Shown: one piece after another, positions 31,501 through 42,536 of the stretch
Layout of the letters: the number at the start of each line of letters is the position of its first letter
How positions within the stretch are numbered: position 1 is the stretch's first letter
Source of the DNA: Thecamonas trahens ATCC 50062
Taxonomy: Eukaryota; Protista; Apusomonadida
DNA length: 64,000 nt
NCBI RefSeq assembly: GCF_000142905.1
Contig: NW_013657620.1
Coordinates: 157,319-221,318, forward strand
Reading direction: 5' to 3'
Program-made: the position numbers and the translations under genes
The notes under the pieces: model-generated
Database searches by the model: none
Told to the model about the DNA's origin: nothing
The model's input: the letters and a program-made list of their open reading frames with translations, nothing else

Positions 31501-33348
31501 GTACCGACATGACCAACGAGCGAGTTGAGGGCGTCGTCGAGCGAGCGCGCAGCGCGGAGGAGGTCTGCCGCGTCAAAGCCCGCGGCGTCCGGTCCCGGGG
31601 TGAGGGCAGCGAGGAGGAGGGCCTGCGAGGCCTTGGAGGCCTCAACGAGCTGGCTGGAGATGGCATCCTTGGTCTTTGTGGTGACCACGAGCCGGTGCTC
31701 GGGGGTGGGTGCGTCGAGCGGCGGGCCCTCGACAATGGTCTTGTTGTCCAGCGGAAGCGCCTCGATGAGGACTTTGACGTCGGCAATGTCGTGCGGGACG
31801 TCGTCGTCGTCCGATGCGGGCGGGCGGACGGCAAAGGAGCGGCCGGACGGCCCGGCACCGCCGGCGTCGCCTGTAGCGATGGCGTCATCGTCGGCGCCGG
31901 TGAGGGCGGCTGGGTCAGCGAGCGGGTCGTCGACTCGGCGGCGGTGAAGCGAGATGTAGGAGCGGAGGTACTCGGCGATGGGCTCTGCGTCCGAGGTGAG
32001 GAAAGTGAGAAGCGAGTCCTCGTACTCTGCGCAGTCAATGGTGAGCTTGTTGCCAGTTCCCTGCCACTGGAGGACTTCCTGGTAGTGGTGCTCAATGACG
32101 ATTTCGCGGTCCTTCTTGGGGTCGAGGACAAGGAAGTAGTCGCGGCCGAGGGCGAGGACGACGGGCATGGCCTCAAACTTGTTCGATTTGCGGAGCGCGC
32201 GCCGGCGGCGGCGCTTCATCGAGGCGTCAAAGTAGACGTAGCCGTAGAGCGGCTTGGTCCTTGCGATTTGGCAAAACTTAGACTTGTTCTGGGCCATAAA
32301 GCTGACGTAGGCAGCCTGGTACGCCTGGTGGTCCGGAGCGCCGGCGGCCGAGGTGTACTTTTTGAGTGTCGGCCCGCCGAGGGCCTTGTATCGGCGGACG
32401 ATGGCAGCGGCGAGCTTCTTGGACTTGTGCCACTTGGAGATGTTGGGCACGTATGGGGAAAGGTCGGTGAGCTTGGGTTCGCCCTTGGAGTCGTCATAGG
32501 GGCCGACCGTGTCAAGGTAGATGATGGAGCCAAAGAGCGCGACCTCCTCCTCGGACTCCAGCTCGAGTGAGCAGTTGAGGATGGCGTCGCGAGTTTGGCA
32601 GTAGAGCATGTTGAGGGCGACCTCGTCCTTCTCGTCGATAAACTTGTCGTAGAAGAAGAGCTTCTTCATGAACAGCAGGACGTCGCCCGGCATGATGCCC
32701 GCGTTTTCGAGCGTCCGGTCGAGTGGGAGCCATTTGGAGTAGTCATCCTTGTCCTCGGGTCGCTTCATGCCGTACTCTTCCGGATTGGTGAGCCCGATCT
32801 GCTCCGAGACCTTGAAAATGATCTGCGAGATGACCAGCGAGTCGTCGATCTGCACCACCGTCGCCTTGTCGCCGAGAATCTGGACCTTAACTCTCCGCAT
32901 CTTGAGCTTAAAGTACAGCTCCGAGTCTGCCGAGACGCGTCCAAAGAGCTTTTGATCTTCCACAAGCCATCGCGGTTCCTATGTGGGGTAGGGGGGGTGG
33001 GGGTGAGGCGATACAAAAATTGTAGAGAGTGTGTGTAGGGGGGGGGACAAGAAGGGGGGGAGGGGGGGGAAGAAAAGGGGACGGATGATGGACATGCGGA
33101 TGGAGCGGGATGGGGCGGATGGGCCGGGAAAGATGACTACGTACGACCACACCAGGACCAATGGGCTGGTATAGACCACGTCCGTCGGGAGAGTGGCGTG
33201 TCTGTCGGGCGATCTCGGCAATGGCTTCCGAGACGGTGAGCGAGAGTGAGAGGCGGAGCGTCTTGCTTTGGACGACCTCGTCGCGGTTGGCTTGCGTGTC
33301 GCCATAAACCTGGACTGTCACCGCCACGCTCTGGCTGGGCTCTGACAT
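25533..33348 (-). CDS. TLN: Talin (F0-F3 FERM head, Ala-rich helical rod, I/LWEQ actin-binding domain); join(33348..33145, 32978..25533)
   Basis: F0/F1 KMRRVKVQILGDKATVVQIDDS, LFMKKLFFYD, LNMLYCQTRDAI, PLYGYVYF, long helical rod, DPKWAEGLVSAAREV, C-terminal dimer helix. Phase-0 intron 33144..32979 (GTACGT...TAG). Confidence 0.93.
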
Positions 33349-34147
33349 GGGTGTGGGGATGGTGGTGTTGGAGGGGAGCTGGTGGTGGGGTGGGGGGGGG
33401 GGGGGGGGGCAGACGACGACGAACGGAAGGGAGGNNNNNNNNNNNNNNNNNNNNNNNNNNNNNNNNNNNNNNNNNNNNNNNNNNNNNNNNNNNNNNNNNN
33501 NNNNNNNNNNNNNNNNNNNNNNNNNNNNNNNNNNNNNNNNNNNNNNNNNNNNNNNNNNNNNNNNNNNNNNNNNNNNNNNNNNNNNNNNNNNNNNNNNNNN
33601 NNNNNNNNNNNNNNNNNNNNNNNNNNNNNNNNNNNNNNNNNNNNNNNNNNNNNNNNNNNNNNNNNNNNNNNNNNNNNNNNNNNNNNNNNNNNNNNNNNNN
33701 NNNNNNNNNNNNNNNNNNNNNNNNNNNNNNNNNNNNNNNNNNNNNNNNNNNNNNNNNNNNNNNNNNNNNNNNNNNNNNNNNNNNNNNNNNNNNNNNNNNN
33801 NNNNNNNNNNNNNNNNNNNNNNNNNNNNNNNNNNNNNNNNNNNNNNNNNNNNNNNNNNNNNNNNNNNNNNNNNNNNNNNNNNNNNNNNNNNNNNNNNNNN
33901 NNNNNNNNNNNNNNNNNNNNNNNNNNNNNNNNNNNNNNNNNNNNNNNNNNNNNNNNNNNNNNNNNNNNNNNNNNNNNNNNNNNNNNNNNNNNNNNNNNNN
34001 NNNNNNNNNNNNNNNNNNNNNNNNNNNNNNNNNNNNNNNNNNNNNNNNNNNNNNNNNNNNNNNNNNNNNNNNNNNNNNNNNNNNNNNNNNNNGAGAGGGA
34101 GGAGAGGGGGTGATGGAGGCGGGGGGGAGGGGGGGGAGAGTTCGTAC

Positions 34148-34229
34148 GGGAGGCAAGCGGGAGCTTGCGGAGGGCGTTGGAGAAGGTCTGGAGGCCGACG
34201 CCAACCACGAATCCGGTGAAGAAGCCCAT
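34148..34229 (-). CDS. First exon of a small complex I subunit, NDUFC2/B14.5b-like (remainder presumably in the N gap)
   Basis: MGFFTGFVVGVGLQTFSNALRKLPL resembles the GLGTQMYSNALRKLP motif of plant/protist B14.5b; GTACGA donor at 34147. Confidence 0.68.
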
Positions 34230-34413
34230 GGTCGAATGGTAGAGAGACGAGAGGTGACGGCGGAGGGATGGTGGGCTGTGTTACTGCGGCGAAGTAGAGC
34301 CCGGCAGCCGATGGAAGGATGCCGATGGACAGTCAGAGGGAGGAGGGTGGGGCATGGTAGGGGGAGAGGGAGGGGGGGAGGGGGGCGGGGGAGGGAGTGG
34401 GGGGGGGGGGGGG

Positions 34414-35088
34414 TTAGGCGCATGTTCTTGAGGTTGTCGACGAGCCATTCCTCGTTGAGATCGTCGGCGTCGTCGAGATCAAATACCTTGGAGAGCGAGA
34501 GCTTGTTGCAGACGACGTGCTTGGACGAGGTGTACATCATGGCAAAGTACGGGTTGCACTGCGAGGGGCAGTAGAAGATCATGACCAGAGGGTACGAGAC
34601 CCGCTCGGCAGTCTGCTGCCACTTGTACGAGTACACAATGAACCGCGGGATCGAGTCCGGCAGGTCGCCCGCCAGCTCCTCCAGGTCGATCTCATCGATC
34701 TCCTCATCGACATGGACCATCCGCTCGTCACCATCGATGGTGAGGATGAGCGCACCAGCCTCTGCGTTCTTCTTGCGGAACGCCTTGAACGCCGCCACCA
34801 CATCATCGCCCACATCACACGTGTTTGTCGACGCCTAATCCCATCGATGATGACATGTGTGAGTCGCCGTCGGCATTGCAGCTGTGACCACAGTCGTCGT
34901 GGTAGTCGTCACCACCGCCATGACCATCGCCACCGCCATGACCATCGCCACCGCCATGGCCTGCAAAAATTGCTACACACATGGCAAAGGCAGCGGGGAC
35001 CGTGGATACCGCCCCCCCCCCCTTTTACCCAGGGCACACACGGGACACATGGGGGGAGGGCGTGGGGCAACAAGGTTGTTCGTACCAT
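34414..35088 (-). CDS. GMF: Glia maturation factor (ADF-H family); join(35088..35086, 34834..~34414)
   Basis: LPDSIPRFIVYSYK, RVSYPLVMIFYCP, MMYTSSK, DLNEEWL. ATG-only first exon followed by GTACGA. The TAA at 34416-34414 is one base out of frame. Confidence 0.88.
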
Positions 35089-35125
35089 GGTAGTGTTGGA
35101 GGGAGTCGTGTGTGCGAATGTGTAG

Positions 35126-35472
35126 TTGGGTCGGGCTGGTCGGGCTGGTCGGGCTGGTCGGGCTGGCTGGCTTGGCTGGCTGGAATGACTGGCTGATCGG
35201 CTGGTTGGCCTGGTCGGGCTGGCTGATCGCCTGGTCGGCCTAGTCGGGCTGGCTGATCGCCTGGTCGGGCTGGTCGGGCTGGTTGGTTGGGCTGGTTGGT
35301 CGGGCTGGTCGGGCTGGTCGGCCTGGTCGGGCTGGATTGGCTGGCTGATCGGCTGGTCGGCCTGGTCGGGCTGGCTGATCGGCTGGTCGGCCTGGTCGGG
35401 CTGGCTGATCGCCTGGTCGGCCTGGCTGATCGGCTGGTCGGCCTGGCTGATCGCCTGGTCGGCCTGGTCGGC
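35126..35472. repeat. Complex minisatellite of ggtcgggct / ggtcggcct / ggctgatc units
   Basis: Mosaic 9-mer/12-mer tandem units between the divergent GMF and RagC genes. Confidence 0.9.
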
Positions 35473-35787
35473 TTGTGCTCCTCCCCGTCTGCTACTGCCA
35501 CCATCATAGTCGATCTCCACTTCCTCCCCCGTCCACCTGATCACCATTCCCAGTCCTCCAATGGGCTGGGTTTCGAGAGGAGATGGGTGATTGTTAGATA
35601 TGGACAGAGTGGGCTGATGGTGGCATGTACGTGTCCCCCCCCTCCCCCCTCTCCCCTCCCCTCCCCCCCCATTGACTCCCCCTTTGATCGATCAGCTCAT
35701 GCCACCGCATTGTGGACGACGACGACCGAGAGCCAGCCAGCCACAACTACCCCCCCCCTCCGGCTACACTCGACGTGCGCGTACAAC

Positions 35788-37179
35788 ATGAACGACCGGG
35801 TACGACCATACTACTTTTGTGTGTGAGGAGATGGAGATGGGTGGGGGGTGGGAGGATGGGTGGGTGGAGGGAGGGGGGAGGTGGGAGGGGGGGGGGGGAG
35901 GAGGTGGGAGGGGGGGTGACGACCTGGCGACGTGTGACTTGAAGGTGGCAGGTCATCCTCCGGCGGGCAGGGTAAGGGGCAGACATGGTAGGGGGGGGGG
36001 GGGGGAGAGGAGGGGGGAGGAAGAAGGGACTTATGGTGGAGGTGTGGTGTGTGTGTGTGTGTGTGTGTATGTATGTGTGTGTGTGTGTGTGTGTGCGTTG
36101 TGTGTGTGTGTGTGTGTGTCTGTGAGGGTGGACAGTACGATGAGTTCTCGTCGGGCTCGGTGCCGTACGGGCAAATGTTTCCGGATATGTATGGGGAAGA
36201 CGCCGGGGGAGAGGCTGAGCAGGGCTACGAGAACAAGCCGAGGATTCTGCTGATGGGCATGCGGAGGTCAGGCAAGTCGTCCATCCAGAAGGTCGTCTTC
36301 CAGAAGATGTCGCCCAATGAGACGCTCTTTCTCGAGTCGACGACCAAGATTGTCAAGTCGGAAATCGCGTCGTCGTCGCTCATCTCGTACTCGATCTGGG
36401 ACCTGCCCGGCCAGGTCGGCTACGAGTCAAACCCGGCGTTTGACAACGAGGGGCTCTTTGCCCAGACCGGCGCGCTCATCTTTGTCATCGACGCGCAGGA
36501 TAACTACCGCGAGGCCATTGCCAAGCTCCACACCACGGTCCTGAGGGCGTACGAGATCAACCCGGAGATCTGCTTTGAGGTCTTTATCCACAAGGTCGAC
36601 GGCCTCTCCGACGACGCCAAGACTGTCCGCCAGCAGGACATTGTCGAGCACGTTCTCGCCAACATTGCCGACGCCGAGCTCGAGGACCAGATCCAGATCT
36701 CGTTCTACCTCACTTCCATCTACGACCACTCGATCTTTGAGGCCTTCTCCAAGGTCATCCAGAAGCTCATTCCGCAGCTGCCGACACTCGAGCAGCTGCT
36801 CGACATTCTCATCTCCAACTGCTGCATCGAGAAGGCCTTTCTCTTTGATGTCGTCCCCAAGATCTACATTGCCGACGACTCGTCGCCCGTCGACATGCAG
36901 ACCTACGAGCTCTGCTCCGACATGATTGACGTCGTCATCGACGTCGGCTGCATCTACGGCATGGGCGAGAACGACGACACCGGCCTCGGCTACGACGCCG
37001 AGTCGGCATCAGTCATGCACCTCAACAACGGCATGGTCCTCTACATGAAGGAGGTCACCCGCTACCTCGCCCTCGTCGCCCTCCTCCGTGAGGACAAGTA
37101 CGAGAAGCACGGCCTCATCGACTACAACGTCGAGGCCTTTAAGAACGCTGTCGCCAAGGTCTTTGAGCCGCGTCAGTAG
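35788..37179 (+). CDS. RRAGC: Rag GTPase C/D (Gtr2); join(35788..35799, 36136..37179)
   Basis: [62 protein letters not shown]-terminal roadblock domain. Intron GTACGA...CAG contains G-runs and (TG)n. Confidence 0.95.
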
Positions 37180-37213
37180 CCGACCTGGCCTTCCAGTAAA
37201 CGCCACGGCATCG

Positions 37214-39538
37214 CTAGTGCGGTCCGCTGCTGCCCGAGCTGCCGCTGTCACGTCGGCTTGCCGCCCGTGCGGCAAACCTCGCGCAGCGCGGGCAGCCCGC
37301 GATGGCACCGATAGACCCACTGGCAACCGACGCTGACGCATCCGTTGCATCCGATGCCGATCCGTCGTCATCGTCAACGGCCGCGTTCGAGGCCCGCCGG
37401 CCGCTGGCACATTCGCGGTGAAAGACAGCGCCGCACGCGCCGCACGCGCTCACCTCCTTGAGCTGAAAGGCGTGAATGGGCGACGGCTCTGCGCACAGCT
37501 CGCAAATGTGGCCGCGATAGGGGCAGACGTCGCAGTCGACGAGGACGTGCTGAGCAAAGGCGAGGACCATGCGCTGGAGTCGGTCGCGGAGGAGGCCCGA
37601 TGCAATCGCCGAGATGTCCTGCAGCGAAAAGACGCCCGGTGAGTCCATCAGGTACTCGTGCGGCCAGACGAGCTGCCGCAGCTGGTTCCATTCATGGCAG
37701 GCGCGCGCGTACTGGCCGAGGATGGCGAGCTGGGCCTGTAGAGCAAGAACAAGACGGATGTCGACAACGCGGGCGACGAGGTGCGGGTTGACGACCGCCA
37801 GTGGAATGCACGGAATCCGCGCGACCGACGATAGAAACTCGAACGAGTCGGCGGCAACCGGTGCCGGTGAGAGGTCCCAGTTGCGGACCGCATGTCCGGG
37901 CACCAGGTACGAAGTCGTTCCCGGGTGGCACTGGGTGCAGTACCGCCCGCCGGTGTAGCTGCACACCCGCGAGCTGTCGGCATCAATGTCGGCGGCGCAA
38001 AAGACGCAGGCAAAGCCCTGCGCGTCGAGCCCCTGCTCCCGCGCAAGCGCCACTGACACTGCGCCCTGCCGGGTCGTCACTATTGTCGTGAACGGGCCGT
38101 CATCCGGCCGCGCACGGCCCACAAGCGCGAGTAGCTCGTCCACAGCCACATCGTCCGGCCCGACAAGGACCTCACTGACCGCCGCGGGCGTTGCCGGCTT
38201 GCGCCCGCCCACAAGCTCCGGCAGCTGACCGAGGACAGACGCAGCCTTACCCACCGATCCGGTCCACGCCCACGCCAGCCAGCCCTGGGCCTCGTCTTGC
38301 GGCGAGGGTGGGGCGGGTGCAGGAGCGGAATCAGGGGTGGAGTCAAGTGCAGGGGCGGGCGCGGCCGGTGCCGGCTCGGTCGAGACGGGCGGCTCGTCGA
38401 CCTCAAACACAGAGTCCGGGAGCTGAAGGTGCGGGGCGGCAGCAAGGTACTGCGAAAAGAGCTTGGCGTACGACGAGGTGTACCCGCGGCCGCCCGAGCC
38501 CGCTTCGCCGTCGTCATCCGAATCGGTGAGCGAGGCGTAGGCCATGCGCGGCTGGTCTGGCGAGCCCTCAGCGACGTCGACAAGAACAAAGACGTCGCCC
38601 GGAGTCTCGCCCTGCTCGCACTGCTTACTGGCGCGACTGCCGGAGTCACTCCCGCAGTTGTCACCGGATCCGCCGGCAGCGACCTGTGCGTCCATGATCG
38701 CGCGAACCTCGCGAAGCGCGCTCGCCTCCTGCTTTTGCTCGATACGACCAAGGACAGTATTGAGCAGCGCATCACGCGACGGAGAGTTGGATCGGCTCCG
38801 GATCCGGTGGCGGCGGCGGCGACGGCGACGGCGGCGGCGGTGTGAGCTCGAGCCAGAGCCAGAGCCAGAGCCCGAGGATTGCGGCGAGCCCGAGCCCGAG
38901 CCCGAACCGGATCGAGGAGACACCGGTTGCTTGTGGGTGACAACGACCGGCGCAACGAGAAAGTCCGAGGCGCCTGCATCATCTTCGCGGTCAAGAGCCG
39001 AGTCATTAACGGTGTAGCGGAAGGTAACGGCTTCAGCGAGGCGATCAAGGATGTCGCAGAGCGCGCCGCGCATGGCATCGTCGAGGAGGAGAGCATCATC
39101 CTGGTAGTGCGAACGAATGAGAAGGGCATCAAAGGCATTCGGACTGAAGAGCGCTCTGATGGCGCCGGCCAGCGATCTGCTGTTGAGGGTGAGGCGGAGC
39201 CAGGCACGGGCCTTGCCCATGGGCGAGACAACGAGAGAGAGCTTGGCATGGACATGAGACAAATCGTCCAGCACAGCATCATCGACAGCAGCGCCATTAA
39301 CCAGCATGGCCTCCAGAGGAGACCACAACGAGCTTGTCGGGAAGAGACCATTGGACATAGCATACTCGAGGGCGGTGATGACCTGGAGACCACCGCGCGA
39401 GTGTTCCGAGAGGTACGCCCACGACACAGCCCGTCCCTCGCTCGCTGTCCCCGCCAGCGCACGGGTCATCCCCGAGTACTCTTGCTTGGCCCGGTTTGCC
39501 GCATGCTCCACAGACCGCAGCAGAGATGTCTGGAGCAT
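37214..39538 (-). CDS. RUN + Rubicon-homology zinc-binding domain protein (Rubicon/PLEKHM1/DEF8 family)
   Basis: RUN motifs ALEYAMSNGL and GKARAWLRLTLN; RH motifs GLDAQGFACVFC, CSYTGGRYCTQCH, CDVCPYRGHICELC, CGACGAVFHREC, CPRCAR. Confidence 0.85.
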   Translation of the reverse strand: MLQTSLLRSVEHAANRAKQEYSGMTRALAGTASEGRAVSWAYLSEHSRGGLQVITALEYAMSNGLFPTSSLWSPLEAMLVNGAAVDDAVLDDLSHVHAKLSLVVSPMGKARAWLRLTLNSRSLAGAIRALFSPNAFDALLIRSHYQDDALLLDDAMRGALCDILDRLAEAVTFRYTVNDSALDREDDAGASDFLVAPVVVTHKQPVSPRSGSGSGSGSPQSSGSGSGSGSSSHRRRRRRRRRRHRIRSRSNSPSRDALLNTVLGRIEQKQEASALREVRAIMDAQVAAGGSGDNCGSDSGSRASKQCEQGETPGDVFVLVDVAEGSPDQPRMAYASLTDSDDDGEAGSGGRGYTSSYAKLFSQYLAAAPHLQLPDSVFEVDEPPVSTEPAPAAPAPALDSTPDSAPAPAPPSPQDEAQGWLAWAWTGSVGKAASVLGQLPELVGGRKPATPAAVSEVLVGPDDVAVDELLALVGRARPDDGPFTTIVTTRQGAVSVALAREQGLDAQGFACVFCAADIDADSSRVCSYTGGRYCTQCHPGTTSYLVPGHAVRNWDLSPAPVAADSFEFLSSVARIPCIPLAVVNPHLVARVVDIRLVLALQAQLAILGQYARACHEWNQLRQLVWPHEYLMDSPGVFSLQDISAIASGLLRDRLQRMVLAFAQHVLVDCDVCPYRGHICELCAEPSPIHAFQLKEVSACGACGAVFHRECASGRRASNAAVDDDDGSASDATDASASVASGSIGAIAGCPRCARFAARAASRRDSGSSGSSGPH

Positions 39539-39649
39539 GGAGTGTGTGCTGGTTGTCTTGCGTCAGCTGTTGCTCCTGTTGTCGTCCGTCGTCTGCCGCT
39601 CGACGAGGGAGTGTTCCATGCCGGGTCACGGTGCGACACATGGGCTGGC

Positions 39650-39875
39650 TGATGGTGGTATGGTGGTGGTATGGGGGTGGATGGTGGTGGTATGGGCTGG
39701 CTGATGGTGGTATGGGGGTGGTACGGGGGTGGATGGTGGTGGTATGGTGGTGGTACGGTGGTGGATGGTGGTGGATGGTGGTGGTATGGGGGTGGTATGG
39801 TGGTGGTATGGGCTGGCCGATGGTGGATGGCGGTGGATGGTGGTTGTATGGTCTGGATGATGACGATGATAATGT
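39650..39875. repeat. (TGG)n / GGTATG low-complexity tandem region
   Basis: Seen directly between the divergent Rubicon-like and SF3A1 genes. Confidence 0.8.
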
Positions 39876-40057
39876 GTTTGATCATGTATTTGGTCATACG
39901 ATGAGGTGGTGTGGCTCTGTGTATCGGTGCTACATGTCGTGGGTGATGAACGGGAAAGTGACCGGAGGCAGCCGAGAGCGACACCGACAGCTGGTGGCGG
40001 AAAGAAGAGGAGTTGAGAAGGGGAGACACTCAGCTTGGTATTGGTGGGGAGGAGTGG

Positions 40058-42483
40058 ATGTCGTCTGCGGTGGCACCTATTACCAATCCCCCTCCTGGGG
40101 TGAAGAGTACGTAGCAGAGGAAGGGGGGGGGGGAGGGGGGGGGGGGGAGGGGGGGAGGGGGGGGGGTGGGGAGGGGGAGGGTGATGGGCGGGCAAAGGGA
40201 CTCACCGAGAGGGATGGGTATGGACATGGGACGGTGGATTGGGGGGCGGTGGTTGCGGTGGTTGTGGTTGGGTTGGCGCTGTGCTATGGTCGTGGCCGTA
40301 CTCGTGGTCGTCGCTCTGCAGCCATCTGCGACAGGACGGCCAAGTTCATCGCGTCGTCGGGCGACGAGTACGAGGACAAGATCCGGAAGCAAGAGGCCGG
40401 CAACGACAAGTTCGCCTTTCTCGATCCAAAGTCGCCGTATCATGCTTATTACGCCTTCCGCTTGGAACAGGCCCGCCGCGCGCTGCGCAAGGACGCGCCT
40501 GCTCAGGAGATCGTCCTCTCGTCCGAGGCCCGCCAACTGCAGGAGACGCTGCAGGCGGCCGTGACGACACAAGAGGCCATGGAGGCAGAGGCCGCCGCTG
40601 CCTTTACCGTTCCAGAGCCGCCACCGAACCACTTTCTCCTCACCCAGGCGCCGGCGCTCACCGCCAAGGACCTCGACGTCATCAAGCTCATGGCGCGGTT
40701 TGTGGCCGTCCACGGCGCCAAGTTCATGGAGACCATCGCGGCGCGTGAGCAGGGCAACGCGCTCATGGGCTTTCTCCGGCCCTCGCACTCGCTCCACCCG
40801 GTCTTTCTGCAGTTTATCGACCAGTACAAGCGGGTCATCGATCTGCCGGACTCGGATCGCCAGCGGCTGGCCAAGGCTGCGAGCTCCAAGGCCGCGGTGG
40901 TAGGCGCCGCTACCGCAAAGTACGAGTATGTCCGCTACAAGCGAACCAAGGACAAGAAGGAGCTACCCGAGTCTCGGGTCGCCGGCCTCGCCCCTGCAGC
41001 CCGCATCGACTGGCACGACTTTGTCATTGTCTCGACAGTCACTCCGGCCGACATTGACCCGTCCGCGCACGACGGCGCCGAGCTGGTCGTCCTGACTTCG
41101 GCCAGAAACCGCACCCGTGCCGGCGGCGCACCCATCCCAGCCCTCGCCCGTGCCGCCCAAACAGTGCTGCCTGCCGGCGTCCCCGCTGGCTTTGTCGACG
41201 GCGCCGTCGAAGATGATAACGATGACGCCGACATGGACATGTCGGACGACGATGAGTCGGCTGCGGTCGCACCGGCGCCTGCCCCCGCACCCGTCCCTGC
41301 CCCCACACCCGCCCCTGCTGTCGCCGCGCCCAAGCCGGCGCCGCCGCCGGCCGGCGTCAAGATTGTCAAGAACTACGAGCCCAAGGTGCTGGACGCGGCG
41401 TCGCGGGTGGCGGCGGCCAAGACGGCCATCTGCGAGCTGTGTGGCCAGTCGGTCCCGCTCGACGACTTTGAGGAGCACCGACGGATCGAGCTCCTTGATC
41501 CCAAGTGGGCCAAGCACCGCGCTGCCGAAGAGGCCGCGCGTAAGACCACCGCGCTCGCCCAGGGACCAGCCATCTCGGGCCACCTCAAGCGGCTCGCTCA
41601 GGCCCGGTCCGACATCTTTGTCTCGTCCGGCGACGGTAGCGGCAACAATGAGAGCGGCGACGCCAAGCCCGCGCCCATCATCTGGGACGGTGACAAGTCA
41701 ACCGCAAAGGCCGCAAAGGCCGCTGCGCGCAAGCGCGCCGCCGAGCAGCAGCGGGCAAGCGCGAGCAATGGCTCAGCGCCGCAGCAGGGCCAGGTCATTG
41801 GTCCTCGGCCTGCGGCAGCATCGCGACCGCTTCAGCTCCCGCCCCCGCAGCAGCAGCCGCACCACCAGCCTCGCATGCCGCCCCAGTATCCGGGTCACCC
41901 AGGCCAGGGCTACCGCCCGCCGAGCGGATACCCGATGGCTGGCGCTGGTGGGCCGTACCCGCCGCAGATGCACGTGCAGGGCGGTCCGGGCAAGCCGGGT
42001 GGACCTCCGTTCCACCCGAGCAACCCGAGCAACCCGCCGCATCCCGGTTATGGCATGCTGCAACCAGGCAGCGCTCCGCTGGCAAAGCGACAGAAGACGA
42101 TGGGTGGGTCGGCAGCTGGCGCCGGGGCAGCGAGAGCGTCGGCCACCGGCGGTGGCGGCGGAGGGCTCCAGCCAGAGGCGCAGTTTGCGGTAGCGCACCC
42201 GGGCAAGGTGGCCGTGGCGGTCCACGTCCCCAGCGAGGCGGCGCACGCCAAGTTTGGCTTCAACGGACAGGTAGTGACAATCGAGCTCGACGTCCGCGAC
42301 ACGATTGCCGACCTCAAGCCCAAGCTCTCTGCAGCGCTCAATGGCATGCCGCTGTCCAAGATGGCGTTTGCGACGGGTACCATCGCCTCGCTCTCCAACA
42401 ACAAGAGCCTCGCGTACTACAACATTACGTCCGCCACACCAGTGCACCTCTCGTTTAAGGGCCGTGGTAAGCGCAAGCGATAA
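40058..42483 (+). CDS. SF3A1: Splicing factor 3A subunit 1 (Prp21/SAP114); join(40058..40106, 40322..42483)
   Basis: Spliced N-terminus PPPGVKTICDRTAKF, two SURP domains, IDWHDFVIV, EHRRIELLDPKW, C-terminal UBL ending GRGKRKR. Intron GTACGT...CAG. Confidence 0.93.
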
Positions 42484-42536
42484 TTGTTGCCGGTGAAAGC
42501 GATAATAAAGCCGGAGAGTGAACAAGGGGCTCTGCT

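Noticed and set aside
34909-35547. QADQPIS-repeat ORF
   Set aside because: Minisatellite between divergent genes, open in several frames, and running into the GMF first intron.
39496-40057. Trp/Gly-rich N-terminus of the 995-aa ORF
   Set aside because: Translation of intergenic (TGG)n repeats; SF3A1 homology begins at ATG 40058 via splicing.
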